A stretch of 64,000 nucleotides of DNA from contig CAUFXM010000007.1 of the NCBI GenBank assembly GCA_959597175.1, positions 6,450 through 70,449 on the forward strand, given 5' to 3'. This document shows, piece by piece, positions 1-9,342 of this stretch. Positions within the stretch are counted from its first letter, which is position 1; the number at the start of each line of letters is the position of its first letter. Source of the stretch: an uncultured Methanomassiliicoccales archaeon. Lineage in GTDB: Archaea > Thermoplasmatota > Thermoplasmata > Methanomassiliicoccales > Methanomethylophilaceae. Made by a program: the position numbers and the translations under genes. The notes under the pieces are model-generated. The model saw nothing but the letters and a program-made list of their open reading frames with translations, did no database searches and was not told the DNA's origin.

Positions 1-1
1 A

Positions 2-508
2 GCGAACGAGATCCTCGCCGAGACCTGCATCGCCACGGGCATGTACGTCAAGGCCTTCCCTGAGTTCGGACCCGAGAGGATGGGCGCGCCGATCAGGGGA
101 TTCACCAGGATCGCAGACACACCCATCAGGGTCCACAGCCAGGTCTACGAGCCCGATGTCGTCATCATCATGGACGGGACGCTCGTCGGCAAGGTGGACG
201 TCACCAGGGGCATCAAAAAGGACTCCGTCATCCTGGCCAACTACACCGGGACGCCCGAGGAGCTCCAGAGCGCCCTGGGGGTGGACGTCGCCTGCCACAC
301 GGTCGACGCGAACAAGATCGCCATCGAGGAGATCGGGAAGCCCATGGTCAACACGGTCATGCTGGGTGCCCTGATCGGCTGCGTGGACATCGTCCCGTAC
401 GACCAGCTGGAGGACCAGATCACCAACAAGTTCACCGGCAAGCTGTCCGACAAGGTGATCGTGAAGAACCTCTCCGCACTGAAGAGGGGAAACAAGGAGG
501 TGCAGTGA
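2..508 (+). CDS. porG: 2-oxoacid (pyruvate):ferredoxin oxidoreductase gamma subunit; 5' end outside window
   Basis: Frame open from nt 2 (ANEILAETCIATG precedes first listed Met); KAFPEFGPERMGAP...GALIG typical of PorG; first gene of G-D-A-B operon. Confidence 0.85.
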   Translation, partial: ANEILAETCIATGMYVKAFPEFGPERMGAPIRGFTRIADTPIRVHSQVYEPDVVIIMDGTLVGKVDVTRGIKKDSVILANYTGTPEELQSALGVDVACHTVDANKIAIEEIGKPMVNTVMLGALIGCVDIVPYDQLEDQITNKFTGKLSDKVIVKNLSALKRGNKEVQ

Positions 509-509
509 A

Positions 510-785
510 ATGGCATTGGCAAACGTCAAGGACCTCGTCGTCGGCGGTCGCATAATCAAGCCCGGCAACTCGGAGAACTTCTTCACCGGGGACTGGAGGA
601 GCTATGTGCCGGTCATCGACCAGGACAAGTGCATCGACTGCTACACCTGCTGGATCTACTGTCCCGACAACAGCATCGTGTTCAGGGACGACAAGATGTC
701 CGGCATCAAGATGAGCCACTGCAAGGGATGCGGCATCTGTGCCAAGGTCTGCCCCAAGAAGGCCATCACAATGAGGGAGGAGTGA
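510..785 (+). CDS. porD: pyruvate:ferredoxin oxidoreductase delta subunit (2x[4Fe-4S])
   Basis: 91 aa with CIDCYTCWIYCP and CKGCGICAKVCP cluster motifs; 1-nt gap after porG. Confidence 0.85.
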   Translation: MALANVKDLVVGGRIIKPGNSENFFTGDWRSYVPVIDQDKCIDCYTCWIYCPDNSIVFRDDKMSGIKMSHCKGCGICAKVCPKKAITMREE

Positions 786-787
786 GG

Positions 788-1951
788 ATGACACACGACA
801 TCGCAATCAACGGGGACAACGCCGTCGCGCTGGCATGGAGGCAGATCGATCCGGATGTGTGCGCAGCGTACCCGATCACGCCGCAGACGATCATCGTCGA
901 GAAGTTCGCAGAGTACGTCGCGAACGGGGAGGTCACCACCGAGTTCGTGTGCGTAGAGTCCGAGCATTCCGCGCTGACCCTGTGCACGTCGTCCGCTTCC
1001 GCGGGAGCCAGGACCTTCACCGCCACCGCTTCCCAGGGACTGGCGTACATGTGGGAGATGATGCCGATCACCGCGGCCATGAGGGTCCCCCTCATCATGG
1101 CGGTGGCCAACAGGGCCGTCTCCGGACCCATCAACATCAACAACGACCACGGTGACGCAATGTCGGCCCGCGACTGCGGATGGCTCCAGCTGTTCTCCGA
1201 GAACGTCCAGCAGGCCTACGACAACTCCATCATAGCGCCCAGGATCGCCGAGCACCACGATGTCCAGCTCCCCTGCCTGGTCAATCTGGACGGATTCATC
1301 CTGTCCCACGCCATCGAGAGGATGACCATGGTCGAGACCATGGACGTCAGGGAGTTCGTCGGGGATTACGAGCCGCTCTACCCCCTGCTGGACTACAAGC
1401 ACCCCGTCTCCCACGGGAACATGGACGGCCCCGACTTCTACTACCCCCACAAGTACCAGTCCGTCCTGGCCATGAACAAGGCCCTGGAGGTCGCGGAGGA
1501 GGTCTTCAAGGAGTTCGCCGACATGACCGGAAGGGAGTACCACCTGGTGGACGAGTACATGTGCGACGACGCCGAGTTCGTCGCGGTGATCCTCGGGTCC
1601 TCATTCGGGACCATGAAGGAGACGGTGGACCAGCTCCGTGCCGAGGGCATTAAGGCCGGATGCTGCATGCCCCATGTGTACAGGCCATGGCCGGAGGCGG
1701 CGATGGCGAAGGTCCTGAAGGGCAAGAAGGCAGTTGCGGTCTTCGACAAGCACCTGAGCATAGGCGCCTACGGGCCCATGTTCCCCGAGGTCGTCACCGC
1801 CGCCGCGGACCTGGACAAGATGCCCCGGATGTACAACGTGATTTACGGTCTCGGAGGCGCCGACGCCACCGTGGCCGCTTTCAAGAAGATGATGGAGGAG
1901 GTCGCGGCGGAGAAGGCGTCCAAGATCACCTTCCTGGGGGTGAAGGCATGA
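788..1951 (+). CDS. porA: pyruvate:ferredoxin oxidoreductase alpha subunit
   Basis: ATG at 788 in frame of ORF 629..1951; MTHDIAINGDNAVALAW...AAYPITPQT N-terminus typical of PorA; upstream part of the ORF overlaps porD and is not coding. Confidence 0.85.
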   Translation: MTHDIAINGDNAVALAWRQIDPDVCAAYPITPQTIIVEKFAEYVANGEVTTEFVCVESEHSALTLCTSSASAGARTFTATASQGLAYMWEMMPITAAMRVPLIMAVANRAVSGPININNDHGDAMSARDCGWLQLFSENVQQAYDNSIIAPRIAEHHDVQLPCLVNLDGFILSHAIERMTMVETMDVREFVGDYEPLYPLLDYKHPVSHGNMDGPDFYYPHKYQSVLAMNKALEVAEEVFKEFADMTGREYHLVDEYMCDDAEFVAVILGSSFGTMKETVDQLRAEGIKAGCCMPHVYRPWPEAAMAKVLKGKKAVAVFDKHLSIGAYGPMFPEVVTAAADLDKMPRMYNVIYGLGGADATVAAFKKMMEEVAAEKASKITFLGVKA

Positions 1952-2901
1952 CATCTCTCTCGCTCAAGGAGCTCAACAAGCTGCCCGTCAGGCTCGCCAG
2001 CGGGCACAGGCTCTGCGCCGGATGCGCCGAGTCCATAATCGTGAAGCAGATCCTGATGGGCACATCCGACCCTGTGGCAGTCTCGCTGTCCACGGGATGC
2101 CTGGAGGTCTCCACCACGGTGTTCCCGTACACGTCCTGGAACACCCCGTACATCCACACGGCGTTCGGGAACGGCGCAGCCACCTGCGCGGGTCTCGAGA
2201 CCGCATACACCGCCCTGAAGAAGAAGGGCAAGATCAAGGGCGAGATGAAGTTCGTGAACTTCGCGGGAGACGGTGCCACATACGACATCGGGCTCCAGGC
2301 CCTGTCCGGTGCGATGGAGAGGGGGCACCGCATGATGTACGTCTGTCTGAACAACGAGGCGTACATGAACACCGGTATCCAGAGGTCCTCGGCGACCACC
2401 CTCGGTGCGTCCACCACCACATCCTGGGCGGGATCCGTCCAGTCCGGTAAGAAGGAGTTCTCCAAGGACATGACCGCCGTGATGGTTGCCCACAACATCC
2501 CCTATGTCGCCCAGGTGTCCCCCCACAATTGGAGGGACACGGTCACGAAGGCGTCCAAGGGATTCGCCGCGGATGGGCCCAGCTTCATCAACTCGATCTC
2601 CCCCTGCCCCAGGGGATGGAGGTTCCCCTCCGACGAGACCATCAACATGGCCCGCCTGGCCGTGGAGACCTGCGTCTGGCCCCTCTTCGAGGTCGTCGAC
2701 GGTCAGTACGCTCTGACCGCCGAGAGCTCCAGGATCGCGGACGGCAAGGTGGAGAAGAAGCCCGTCACTGACTGGCTCACCGCCCAGGGGAGGTTCAAGC
2801 ACCTCATGCAGGACAGGTGGGAGCCCATCGCCGAGGCCTACCAGGATGAGGTGGACAGGCGCTGGAAGAAGCTGGTCAAGCTCTCCGAGACCGAGTTCTG
2901 A
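1948..2901 (+). CDS. porB: pyruvate:ferredoxin oxidoreductase beta subunit (TPP-binding)
   Basis: ATG 1948 overlaps porA stop (ATGA); GHRLCAGCAE and GDGATYDIG motifs. Confidence 0.85.
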   Translation: MTSLSLKELNKLPVRLASGHRLCAGCAESIIVKQILMGTSDPVAVSLSTGCLEVSTTVFPYTSWNTPYIHTAFGNGAATCAGLETAYTALKKKGKIKGEMKFVNFAGDGATYDIGLQALSGAMERGHRMMYVCLNNEAYMNTGIQRSSATTLGASTTTSWAGSVQSGKKEFSKDMTAVMVAHNIPYVAQVSPHNWRDTVTKASKGFAADGPSFINSISPCPRGWRFPSDETINMARLAVETCVWPLFEVVDGQYALTAESSRIADGKVEKKPVTDWLTAQGRFKHLMQDRWEPIAEAYQDEVDRRWKKLVKLSETEF

Positions 2902-2922
2902 CACAATCGACAAAACCATTTA

Positions 2923-2939
2923 CCGTCCCTCCGGGACGG
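2923..2939 (+). terminator. hairpin plus T-rich tract after porB
   Basis: ccgtccc-tcc-gggacgg perfect 7-bp stem followed by ttcccttcccatctttt. Confidence 0.35.
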
Positions 2940-3085
2940 GTTCCCTTCCCATCTTTTCGAAGACCAAAACGGTTCGACGGCGACTCAGAAACCTCGTCGT
3001 CGGAACGGCATCCCATGAGGTCGCGTACAGATCAGTTCAAGCGAGATGATGCGGCCTCTCGGCCACGAGATGAGATGAAGAAGTG

Positions 3086-3207
3086 GCTGACAGCGTGTCT
3101 GAGTTCCCGTACGCTTGCGCAATACAGTACAGACAGATACGCGGGCGGACTTTACTTCCGGGTTCGGGATGGGACCGGGTGTGACCCCGCCGCTATGGCC
3201 GTCATAC
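3086..3207 (-). rRNA. rrf: 5S ribosomal RNA (stand-alone, no 16S/23S nearby)
   Basis: Reverse complement reads TGACGGCCATAGCGGCGGGGTCACACCCGGTCCCATCCCGAACCCGGAAGTAAAGTCCGCCCGCG...GCTGTCA; 5' TGACGGC pairs with 3' GCTGTCA (helix I); ends approximate to a few nt. Confidence 0.9.
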
Positions 3208-3265
3208 CGAAACATGGGATATCTGCAAAGTATTTAATGGTTTGCATTTGGCCCCGATACCGTGT

Positions 3266-3991
3266 TCAAGCTACCAGCATGTACACCAGGAGACCGACCA
3301 GAGCGCCAATGATGGCCGTGGAGCAGTTGTTGGTGTACTTGGATATGTATCCGGGGTTCTCCAGGACGGCACCGAAGACGCTGTCGAGGAGGTTCCCCAG
3401 TACACCCATGGCGAACGGGATCAGCAGCATCCAGCTGAGCGATTCGGTGAGGACGAACCAGCCGAGTATGGCCACCATCAGTGCCGCGAACGTCGATACT
3501 ACGGTGCCGGTCTTGGAAACGCCTCCGTTCACGCCCGGCTCGACCCTCTCGAAGCTCGTGATCATGTATACGTTGCGGTCCTTGATCCCGACCTCGCTGG
3601 CGATCGTGTCGGCTCCGGCAACGGTGATCGTGGAGATGAACATGACCGCGAAGGCCGTCTGGTCGAGCAGGCCGAGGCATTCCAGGGCGACGGCGATGCA
3701 CGGGGGGAGACCCACCCCAAGCACGTTCTTCCAGGTGCGCTCCCCCAGCTCCCCTTCCTGCAGACCCTGCGCTTTCTTCCGGTCGAAGTCACGCATGGTC
3801 GCCACGAAGCCGGCTATGGTGAAGACCGTCAGGAGGAAGAATGCGTTGATGGAGGCGAAGACGCCCACGAACGCCCCGACGAGGAACGACGCGACTGCGC
3901 CGCCTCTTGTGAGGCAATGGAGCATGTACGCCAGCACGGACAGGGCCGCCGACAGCACGATGGCCATGACGACCAGGAAGGTTATCTCCAT
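3266..3991 (-). CDS. DUF92/TMEM19-family integral membrane protein
   Basis: 241 aa, multiple TM helices; GADTIASEVG and NLLDS motifs as I recall for DUF92. Confidence 0.6.
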   Translation of the reverse strand: MEITFLVVMAIVLSAALSVLAYMLHCLTRGGAVASFLVGAFVGVFASINAFFLLTVFTIAGFVATMRDFDRKKAQGLQEGELGERTWKNVLGVGLPPCIAVALECLGLLDQTAFAVMFISTITVAGADTIASEVGIKDRNVYMITSFERVEPGVNGGVSKTGTVVSTFAALMVAILGWFVLTESLSWMLLIPFAMGVLGNLLDSVFGAVLENPGYISKYTNNCSTAIIGALVGLLVYMLVA

Positions 3992-4026
3992 ATTGCCCGT
4001 AATGTGCCAGCAGAATTAAACGTTGT

Positions 4027-4308
4027 TCAACGTCGTTCTTCCGTCCTCAGGGATTCCAGGATGTCAGTTGCGTACTTCACGCAGAGTTTCTTGTCCTCCA
4101 GGGGGAAGAACATGACCTTGCCCTGGGGGTAGAGCGTGGTCTCCATGCCGTTCCACACGAAGACCAGCATCATGTCGTCCTGCTGCCTTATCTCGCAACC
4201 GTCCGACCGGAGCTTCTCGGCAGCCCGTCCGATGTCTATGTCCATGACATCGGCGGAAACGGCCATCAGGGCCTTCCCCCCGCAGAGTCTGGCGGTGGTG
4301 AACTTCAC
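4027..4308 (-). CDS. hypothetical small protein
   Basis: 93 aa, balanced composition; 4-nt overlap with upstream kinase-like gene; weak resemblance to C-terminal domain of archaeal ThiF/MoeB-like proteins. Confidence 0.45.
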   Translation of the reverse strand: MKFTTARLCGGKALMAVSADVMDIDIGRAAEKLRSDGCEIRQQDDMMLVFVWNGMETTLYPQGKVMFFPLEDKKLCVKYATDILESLRTEERR

Positions 4309-4826
4309 AGCAGGCCCTCCAGAACTGAGCGGACCCTGGAGTGGAAGGTCTCCAGGTCAGAGTCGTTGAGCACCATCACGTCGGCGAGGGCCAGAACGTC
4401 CGAAAGCCCCCATCCCATCTCGCGGGCGTCGCGGGCGTCGAAATCGGAGAGGTCGCGGGGCGCATCGTCCCTCCCGCGTCTCACGAGCCTCTCGTAGCGG
4501 TCGGAGGGCGATGCGTAGATCCCGACGATCCTCACATCGTCGCTGAGTCCCCTGTATGAGCGGACCTCGTCCATGCTCCTGCACCCGTCTACCAGGAACA
4601 GGTCCCCATGCATGCGCTCGAGAGCGCGTCTCGCCCACACATCCTTTCCGAGCTCCTTGCGCTGCGAGTCTGCGAAGGCCCCCACGGACAACCCGGTGCC
4701 GGACTCCGCATGGAACTCCCTGACGATGTCCCCCATGCGGAGGAAGGGGATGCCCATCGAACGGGCGACCCCCAGGAGCTCCTCCTTGCCCGCACCGGGC
4801 ATGCCCGCAATCAGCAGGATCCTCAT
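4305..4826 (-). CDS. P-loop nucleotide kinase-like protein (UPF0200/dephospho-CoA-kinase-like)
   Basis: MRILLIAGMPGAGKEE Walker A at N-terminus; 173 aa. Confidence 0.6.
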   Translation of the reverse strand: MRILLIAGMPGAGKEELLGVARSMGIPFLRMGDIVREFHAESGTGLSVGAFADSQRKELGKDVWARRALERMHGDLFLVDGCRSMDEVRSYRGLSDDVRIVGIYASPSDRYERLVRRGRDDAPRDLSDFDARDAREMGWGLSDVLALADVMVLNDSDLETFHSRVRSVLEGLL

Positions 4827-4830
4827 CGGA

Positions 4831-5310
4831 TCACAGCAGGTTGTCGGAGATGTTCGTCAGCATGCGGTCGCAGTAGCAGCATCTCAGCTGCGGCGGGTGC
4901 CTGCTGACGACGGTGAATTCGGGGCTGACCGGTTCGCCGCGGTTGGTGATGCAGTTGGGGTTGCTGCACTTCGCCAGTCCGACGACGTGGTCCTCCAGGC
5001 GGACCTGGTACTTCTCTGCGACGTAGAAGTCGCGGATGATGGCGATCGTCGCGTCAGGTGCGATGAGGGCGATCTTGTCCACGGTCTTGGAGTCGAGCTC
5101 CCTGTCCTCGATCTTGATGATGTCCTTCCACTCGGTGGTCTTGGCGGAGATGACATGCATCCCTATGCTTATCGACGAGTCGATGTTGTTCTCGTTGACA
5201 CCGAGTATCTTCATGACGTTGAGCGCCTGTCCGCAGGTGATATGGTCTATGACCGTCCCGTTCCTGATGGGCGCAAGCTTGACCTCCTTTATCTGTCCTC
5301 CCTCAACCAT
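4831..5310 (-). CDS. pyrI: aspartate carbamoyltransferase regulatory chain
   Basis: IRNGTVIDHI, CSNPNCITN and CCYCDR zinc motif; overlaps pyrB 3' end. Confidence 0.9.
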   Translation of the reverse strand: MVEGGQIKEVKLAPIRNGTVIDHITCGQALNVMKILGVNENNIDSSISIGMHVISAKTTEWKDIIKIEDRELDSKTVDKIALIAPDATIAIIRDFYVAEKYQVRLEDHVVGLAKCSNPNCITNRGEPVSPEFTVVSRHPPQLRCCYCDRMLTNISDNLL

Positions 5311-6238
5311 CTATCTCACCTCCGAGTATGGCGCAGAGAAGCGCCATCCTCACCGGCACCCCGTTGAACGCCTGTCTGAAGTACCTGGCGTGGGGCGTGG
5401 TGTCGACCTCCTGGGCGATCTCGTCCACCCTGGGCAGGGGGTGCATGACGATTAGGTCGCTCTTGGCCTCCCTCAGGATGGCGTTGTCGATCCTGTAGGT
5501 CCCGGCGACCTTGCTGTACTCCGTGGGGTCCGGGAACCTCTCCTTCTGTATCCTGGTGACGTAGAGGACGTCCGCCTGGTCGATCACATCCGTGAGCTCC
5601 GCGGTCTTAGTCGGATGGCAGCCCTTCTCCTCAAGATGGTCGACTATGTCCTGGGGCATCTGCAGGGACTCGGGGGCCACGAGCGTGAGCTTGGCACCGA
5701 ACATGGTCAGCGCGTCAGCCAGCGAGTGGACGGTCCTGCCGTACTTCAGGTCCCCGACCAGCACGATGTTCAGGCCTTCGAGGGTGCCCTTTGCCTCCCT
5801 CATGGTGAACAGGTCGAGGAGCGTCTGCGTGGGATGGGAGCCCGCGCCGTCCCCGGCGTTGATGACGGGGTTGATCGAACAGTTGGCGGCGAGCCTGGCG
5901 GCACCTTCGTAGGGATGCCTCAGGACGATGAGGTCGCAGTACGCGTCCACCATCCTGATGGTGTCGGCCAGGGTCTCCCCCTTCGCTATGGACGTCATGG
6001 ACATCTCCGACACGTCTATGACGTCGCAGCCAAGCCTGTAGGCCGCGCTCTCGAAAGAGAGCTTGGTGCGTGTGGATGGCTCGAAGAACAGGTTTCCGAG
6101 AATCTTGCCGTCCAGGGCGCGCTTGGTCTTCTCGCCCATGGCGTACGGCACCATCTTCTCGGACAGGTCCAGTATGTCCGAGATCTGGTCCTTTGTGAGG
6201 TCCCTTATGGAGACCACGTCCTTGTCGTAAAGGTCCAT
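5303..6238 (-). CDS. pyrB: aspartate carbamoyltransferase catalytic chain
   Basis: Start taken at MDLYDKDVVSIRDL (ATG 6238); STRTK, HPTQ, HPLPR motifs; longer ORF to 6361 has an R/P-rich non-homologous N-terminus. Confidence 0.9.
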   Translation of the reverse strand: MDLYDKDVVSIRDLTKDQISDILDLSEKMVPYAMGEKTKRALDGKILGNLFFEPSTRTKLSFESAAYRLGCDVIDVSEMSMTSIAKGETLADTIRMVDAYCDLIVLRHPYEGAARLAANCSINPVINAGDGAGSHPTQTLLDLFTMREAKGTLEGLNIVLVGDLKYGRTVHSLADALTMFGAKLTLVAPESLQMPQDIVDHLEEKGCHPTKTAELTDVIDQADVLYVTRIQKERFPDPTEYSKVAGTYRIDNAILREAKSDLIVMHPLPRVDEIAQEVDTTPHARYFRQAFNGVPVRMALLCAILGGEIDG

Positions 6239-6372
6239 GCTGAGTGTATCGTCAGCGGTGTTTAAAGGCTCTTGGTGGCCAGGGGCGGGAGCCCCATGCC
6301 TTGGCGGTCTCCATCGGACCGCACCGTCCCTTCCAGACCTGTTATATCCAGCCATCTGCATCGTAAGGGGCG

Positions 6373-7329
6373 ATGAACACTAGGAACGTCGGTATCATGG
6401 GGGTCGCGGCGATCATGATTGTGGCCTGTCTCCTATACTCGTGGGTGCAGTACGGCGATGACGGTGTCGACGAGACGCAGGACGAGACATTCGACGGGAC
6501 ATGGTATCCCGTCTACAGCTACAGGACCGGCCTGGAGGCCGAGATCATCCTGCCGGAGAGCTTCGAGGTGGTCTCGGGGGACGGTGTGGTGACGATGAGC
6601 GCGGAAGGCGTCTCCCGGTCATTCGCGATTGTCTCGGACCATGAGGCGGTGTCGTCGGACGGATACCAGAGCCAGCTGTATCTGGAGGACGGGACGCTGT
6701 ATCTGATCCAGATGTACTCGGACCCAGACCTGCACGGTCTCATCTACATCGCCATGTCGGGCGACAGCCGTGCCACGCTCCCCAGCGATCCCGTGGACAT
6801 ATCCGGCGCATCGTACGACGTCACGGTCAGGATGTGCAACGGCGTGGAGTTCCGCAAGACCGTGGCCGAGGGCGTCCTGGCGGTGGACACCCATTCGTTC
6901 CACATAGCCAAGGGCACGGTATCCTTCGGCAGCTCCGACATGTCGTTCACCGGTTTCGTGAAGACAGACGGGACAAGGGTCGTGGTCACCGGGTACTCGG
7001 AGAGGGACGGAGCGTACTATCCGTTCAACATGGTCCTCGATGACGGGGTGATGTTCTCGGCTACCGGGTCCCCCGGGTCCCAGTACACCTACGCCGGCAG
7101 TTCGGACGGGTTCTCTACCGATATGACCGACGGAGAGGCCGCCCTGGGCGACGAGACGCTGGAAGTGCATCTGGAGGACGGTCTCGTCAACATCATCAAC
7201 GACAGGGCGTTCTACCCTGGATCGGTCGTCTGGACCCTCGGCGACGACCTCGTCCTCTTCGGATTCTGGTCGGTGCTGGCGTACGACGGTTCGGGGTACG
7301 TGTTCCTGGCCCAGAACATCATGGCATGA
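6373..7329 (+). CDS. hypothetical membrane-anchored/secreted protein
   Basis: N-terminal TM (GIMGVAAIMIVACLLY) then 290-aa soluble domain; no family recognised. Confidence 0.5.
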   Translation: MNTRNVGIMGVAAIMIVACLLYSWVQYGDDGVDETQDETFDGTWYPVYSYRTGLEAEIILPESFEVVSGDGVVTMSAEGVSRSFAIVSDHEAVSSDGYQSQLYLEDGTLYLIQMYSDPDLHGLIYIAMSGDSRATLPSDPVDISGASYDVTVRMCNGVEFRKTVAEGVLAVDTHSFHIAKGTVSFGSSDMSFTGFVKTDGTRVVVTGYSERDGAYYPFNMVLDDGVMFSATGSPGSQYTYAGSSDGFSTDMTDGEAALGDETLEVHLEDGLVNIINDRAFYPGSVVWTLGDDLVLFGFWSVLAYDGSGYVFLAQNIMA

Positions 7330-7416
7330 GCCCATCGCCCTCCGGGGCATCAGCAACGGGTGCCCCGGACCCGCGAGGTCGGAAGGTTGATATCCAATCC
7401 CTCCGTCGCAGGGGCC

Positions 7417-9111
7417 ATGTTAGATATCGTCGCCAGGTCCCAGAGGGGAAGGGTCTGCGAATATTCCAGGGACGGCGCCGTTCTGGTGACCCCTGCGATG
7501 ATCGGGTCCGAAACGGAAGGTCCTGTTCGCATCACGGGGGGAGACGGGGGAAGGACCCTGTTCCTCATGGGGTCGGAGGTCCCGTTGGAACGCGGGCTCC
7601 TCACCACCGCATCTTCGGGGATGGCATCCGAACCGGTCGTCGTGGACGGGGTGGAGGTCGTGAGGCTGCCCCTCCCAGAGAACCTGGTGATCGACGAGTC
7701 GGCGGAGGTCGTCGTCGTCCCCAACGCATACGAGCTCAGGAAGGATCCGCGCCGCATCGTGGACACGGTCGTGAGGCTCAGGGAGGCGGCGGGGTTCGGA
7801 AGGCTCCTGTGCATGCTGGGCATCGGCGAGCCGTCGACCGTCGCCATCCTCTCATACATGGGGGTCGATGTCTTCGATGACTCCCTGGCAAGGGCCGCCG
7901 GTGTCAACGGCATCCGCCTTCTGCCGGAGGCGGAGGTCAGCACAGGCTCGGACGAGTCCGATGGCAACATCTCGGACATGGATGCAGAGCTGGCGAAGGT
8001 TCGCATGTTCATCCGTGCCGACAGGCTCAGGGAGCTCGCGGATCAGCGCTCGTTTTCGTCCCCATCAAACGTTGCACTGCTCAGGCTGTACGATCAGAAC
8101 GCCTACGCCTACGCAGAGGAGGCATGCTCCATGGTCGGGTGCAGGTTCTGCTGCAACTCCACCCAGGCCATAAGACGTCCCGACCTAAGGAGATACAGGG
8201 ATAGGATTTCAGAGTACAGGAAGCCGGACCACAAGAGGATCCTCCTCCTGCTGCCCTGCTCAGCCAAGAAGCCGTATCACATCTCGAAGACCCACAGGGC
8301 GTTCGCTTCGGCGATTCACACGGCCCAGCATGACACCCTCGTTCACGAGGTCATAGTCACGTCCCCCCTGGGGATGGTCCCCAGGGAGCTGGACGCATGC
8401 TATCCTGCCAACTCGTACGACATCCCAGTCACCGGCGAGTGGAAGTGCGAGGAGAGGAGGATGATCCGCGAGATGGTCGGTTCGCTCATCCAGCAGGGGT
8501 ATGACAAGGTCGTCTGTCATCTGGGCGACGACTACGAGCTCGTGGAGGGGCTGGCCGATATGGAGTGCACCGTCGTGGGGGACCCGACGTCGCCCAAATC
8601 GCTGGAGAACCTCGACCGGACGCTCAGGCAGGCCGCCAAGGGCATGGAACCGGTGGACTACCTCGTCGACAGGAACGCTCTCGCCCGCAACCTGTTGGAG
8701 TTCCAGTTCGGGAGGGAGGTGTCCGATGTCCTCATGGATGAGAACACCTACGCCATAGGCAAGTTCCCCTACTGGAAGTACATAAGGGAGGATCCGGAGG
8801 ACAGGAAGAGGAAGGTCCAGGTGGGCATGATGACCCCCGAGAGGGGAATGGTCTCTCTCACATTGGAGGGAGCGGAGATGGTCGCGCCGACCGGTCACGG
8901 TGTGGTGGAGATGACGGATTTCGAGCTCAAGGGCAACCTGTTCGCAGTGGGGGTGGTAAGCGCGGACCCGGGGATCCGTATCGGGGACGAGGCGATCATC
9001 ATGTGCAACGGCAAGGTCCGCGGCGTCGGCGTCGCGATGATGTGCGGACGTGAGATGACCGATCTCAAGAGAGGGATCGCGGTCAAGGTCCGCCACAAGG
9101 TAAAGGTCTGA
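7417..9111 (+). CDS. arcS: archaeosine synthase (TGT-like N-domain, DUF5591, C-terminal PUA)
   Basis: MLDIVARSQRGRV N-terminus like ArcS/TGT; LLLPCSAKKPY motif; C-terminal PUA-like segment; ORF opens at 7360, ATG 7417 preferred. Confidence 0.75.
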   Translation: MLDIVARSQRGRVCEYSRDGAVLVTPAMIGSETEGPVRITGGDGGRTLFLMGSEVPLERGLLTTASSGMASEPVVVDGVEVVRLPLPENLVIDESAEVVVVPNAYELRKDPRRIVDTVVRLREAAGFGRLLCMLGIGEPSTVAILSYMGVDVFDDSLARAAGVNGIRLLPEAEVSTGSDESDGNISDMDAELAKVRMFIRADRLRELADQRSFSSPSNVALLRLYDQNAYAYAEEACSMVGCRFCCNSTQAIRRPDLRRYRDRISEYRKPDHKRILLLLPCSAKKPYHISKTHRAFASAIHTAQHDTLVHEVIVTSPLGMVPRELDACYPANSYDIPVTGEWKCEERRMIREMVGSLIQQGYDKVVCHLGDDYELVEGLADMECTVVGDPTSPKSLENLDRTLRQAAKGMEPVDYLVDRNALARNLLEFQFGREVSDVLMDENTYAIGKFPYWKYIREDPEDRKRKVQVGMMTPERGMVSLTLEGAEMVAPTGHGVVEMTDFELKGNLFAVGVVSADPGIRIGDEAIIMCNGKVRGVGVAMMCGREMTDLKRGIAVKVRHKVKV

Positions 9112-9342
9112 ACCGACCGAAGATCCCGGGGGGTTTTCGGAGGTCCTCGGGACATAGCCAGACGTCCCGGGGACCCGCATCTTTTTCGGTCCACCCCCTG
9201 GATTCCGTTTAAGTACTCATCCAGGGATTTTACAATCACAGGCAACAAGTGTGCATCACCCGCTGCGCTTGGATGCCATCGGAGCGGTCGGATTTTCATC
9301 CATCCATCCTATCCATCCCCGGCCGCTCCGGGTTTTTTCCAC

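Noticed and set aside
3015-4019. 334-aa plus-strand ORF
   Set aside because: It overlaps the 5S rRNA gene and runs antisense to the DUF92 membrane-protein gene. Its composition is not protein-like.
6373-9111. The 6373..7329 ORF and the arcS ORF share a reading frame (possible read-through fusion).
   Set aside because: The intervening stop is TGA, not TAG. The two proteins have unrelated architectures, and arcS has its own homologous N-terminus at 7417.
9285-9325. catccatccatcctatccatcccc short repeat, then cccggccgctccgggtttttt, near the DUF368 gene end.
   Set aside because: It is a simple low-complexity run followed by a hairpin with a T-run. The hairpin is most simply a terminator for the convergent genes and not a distinct element.
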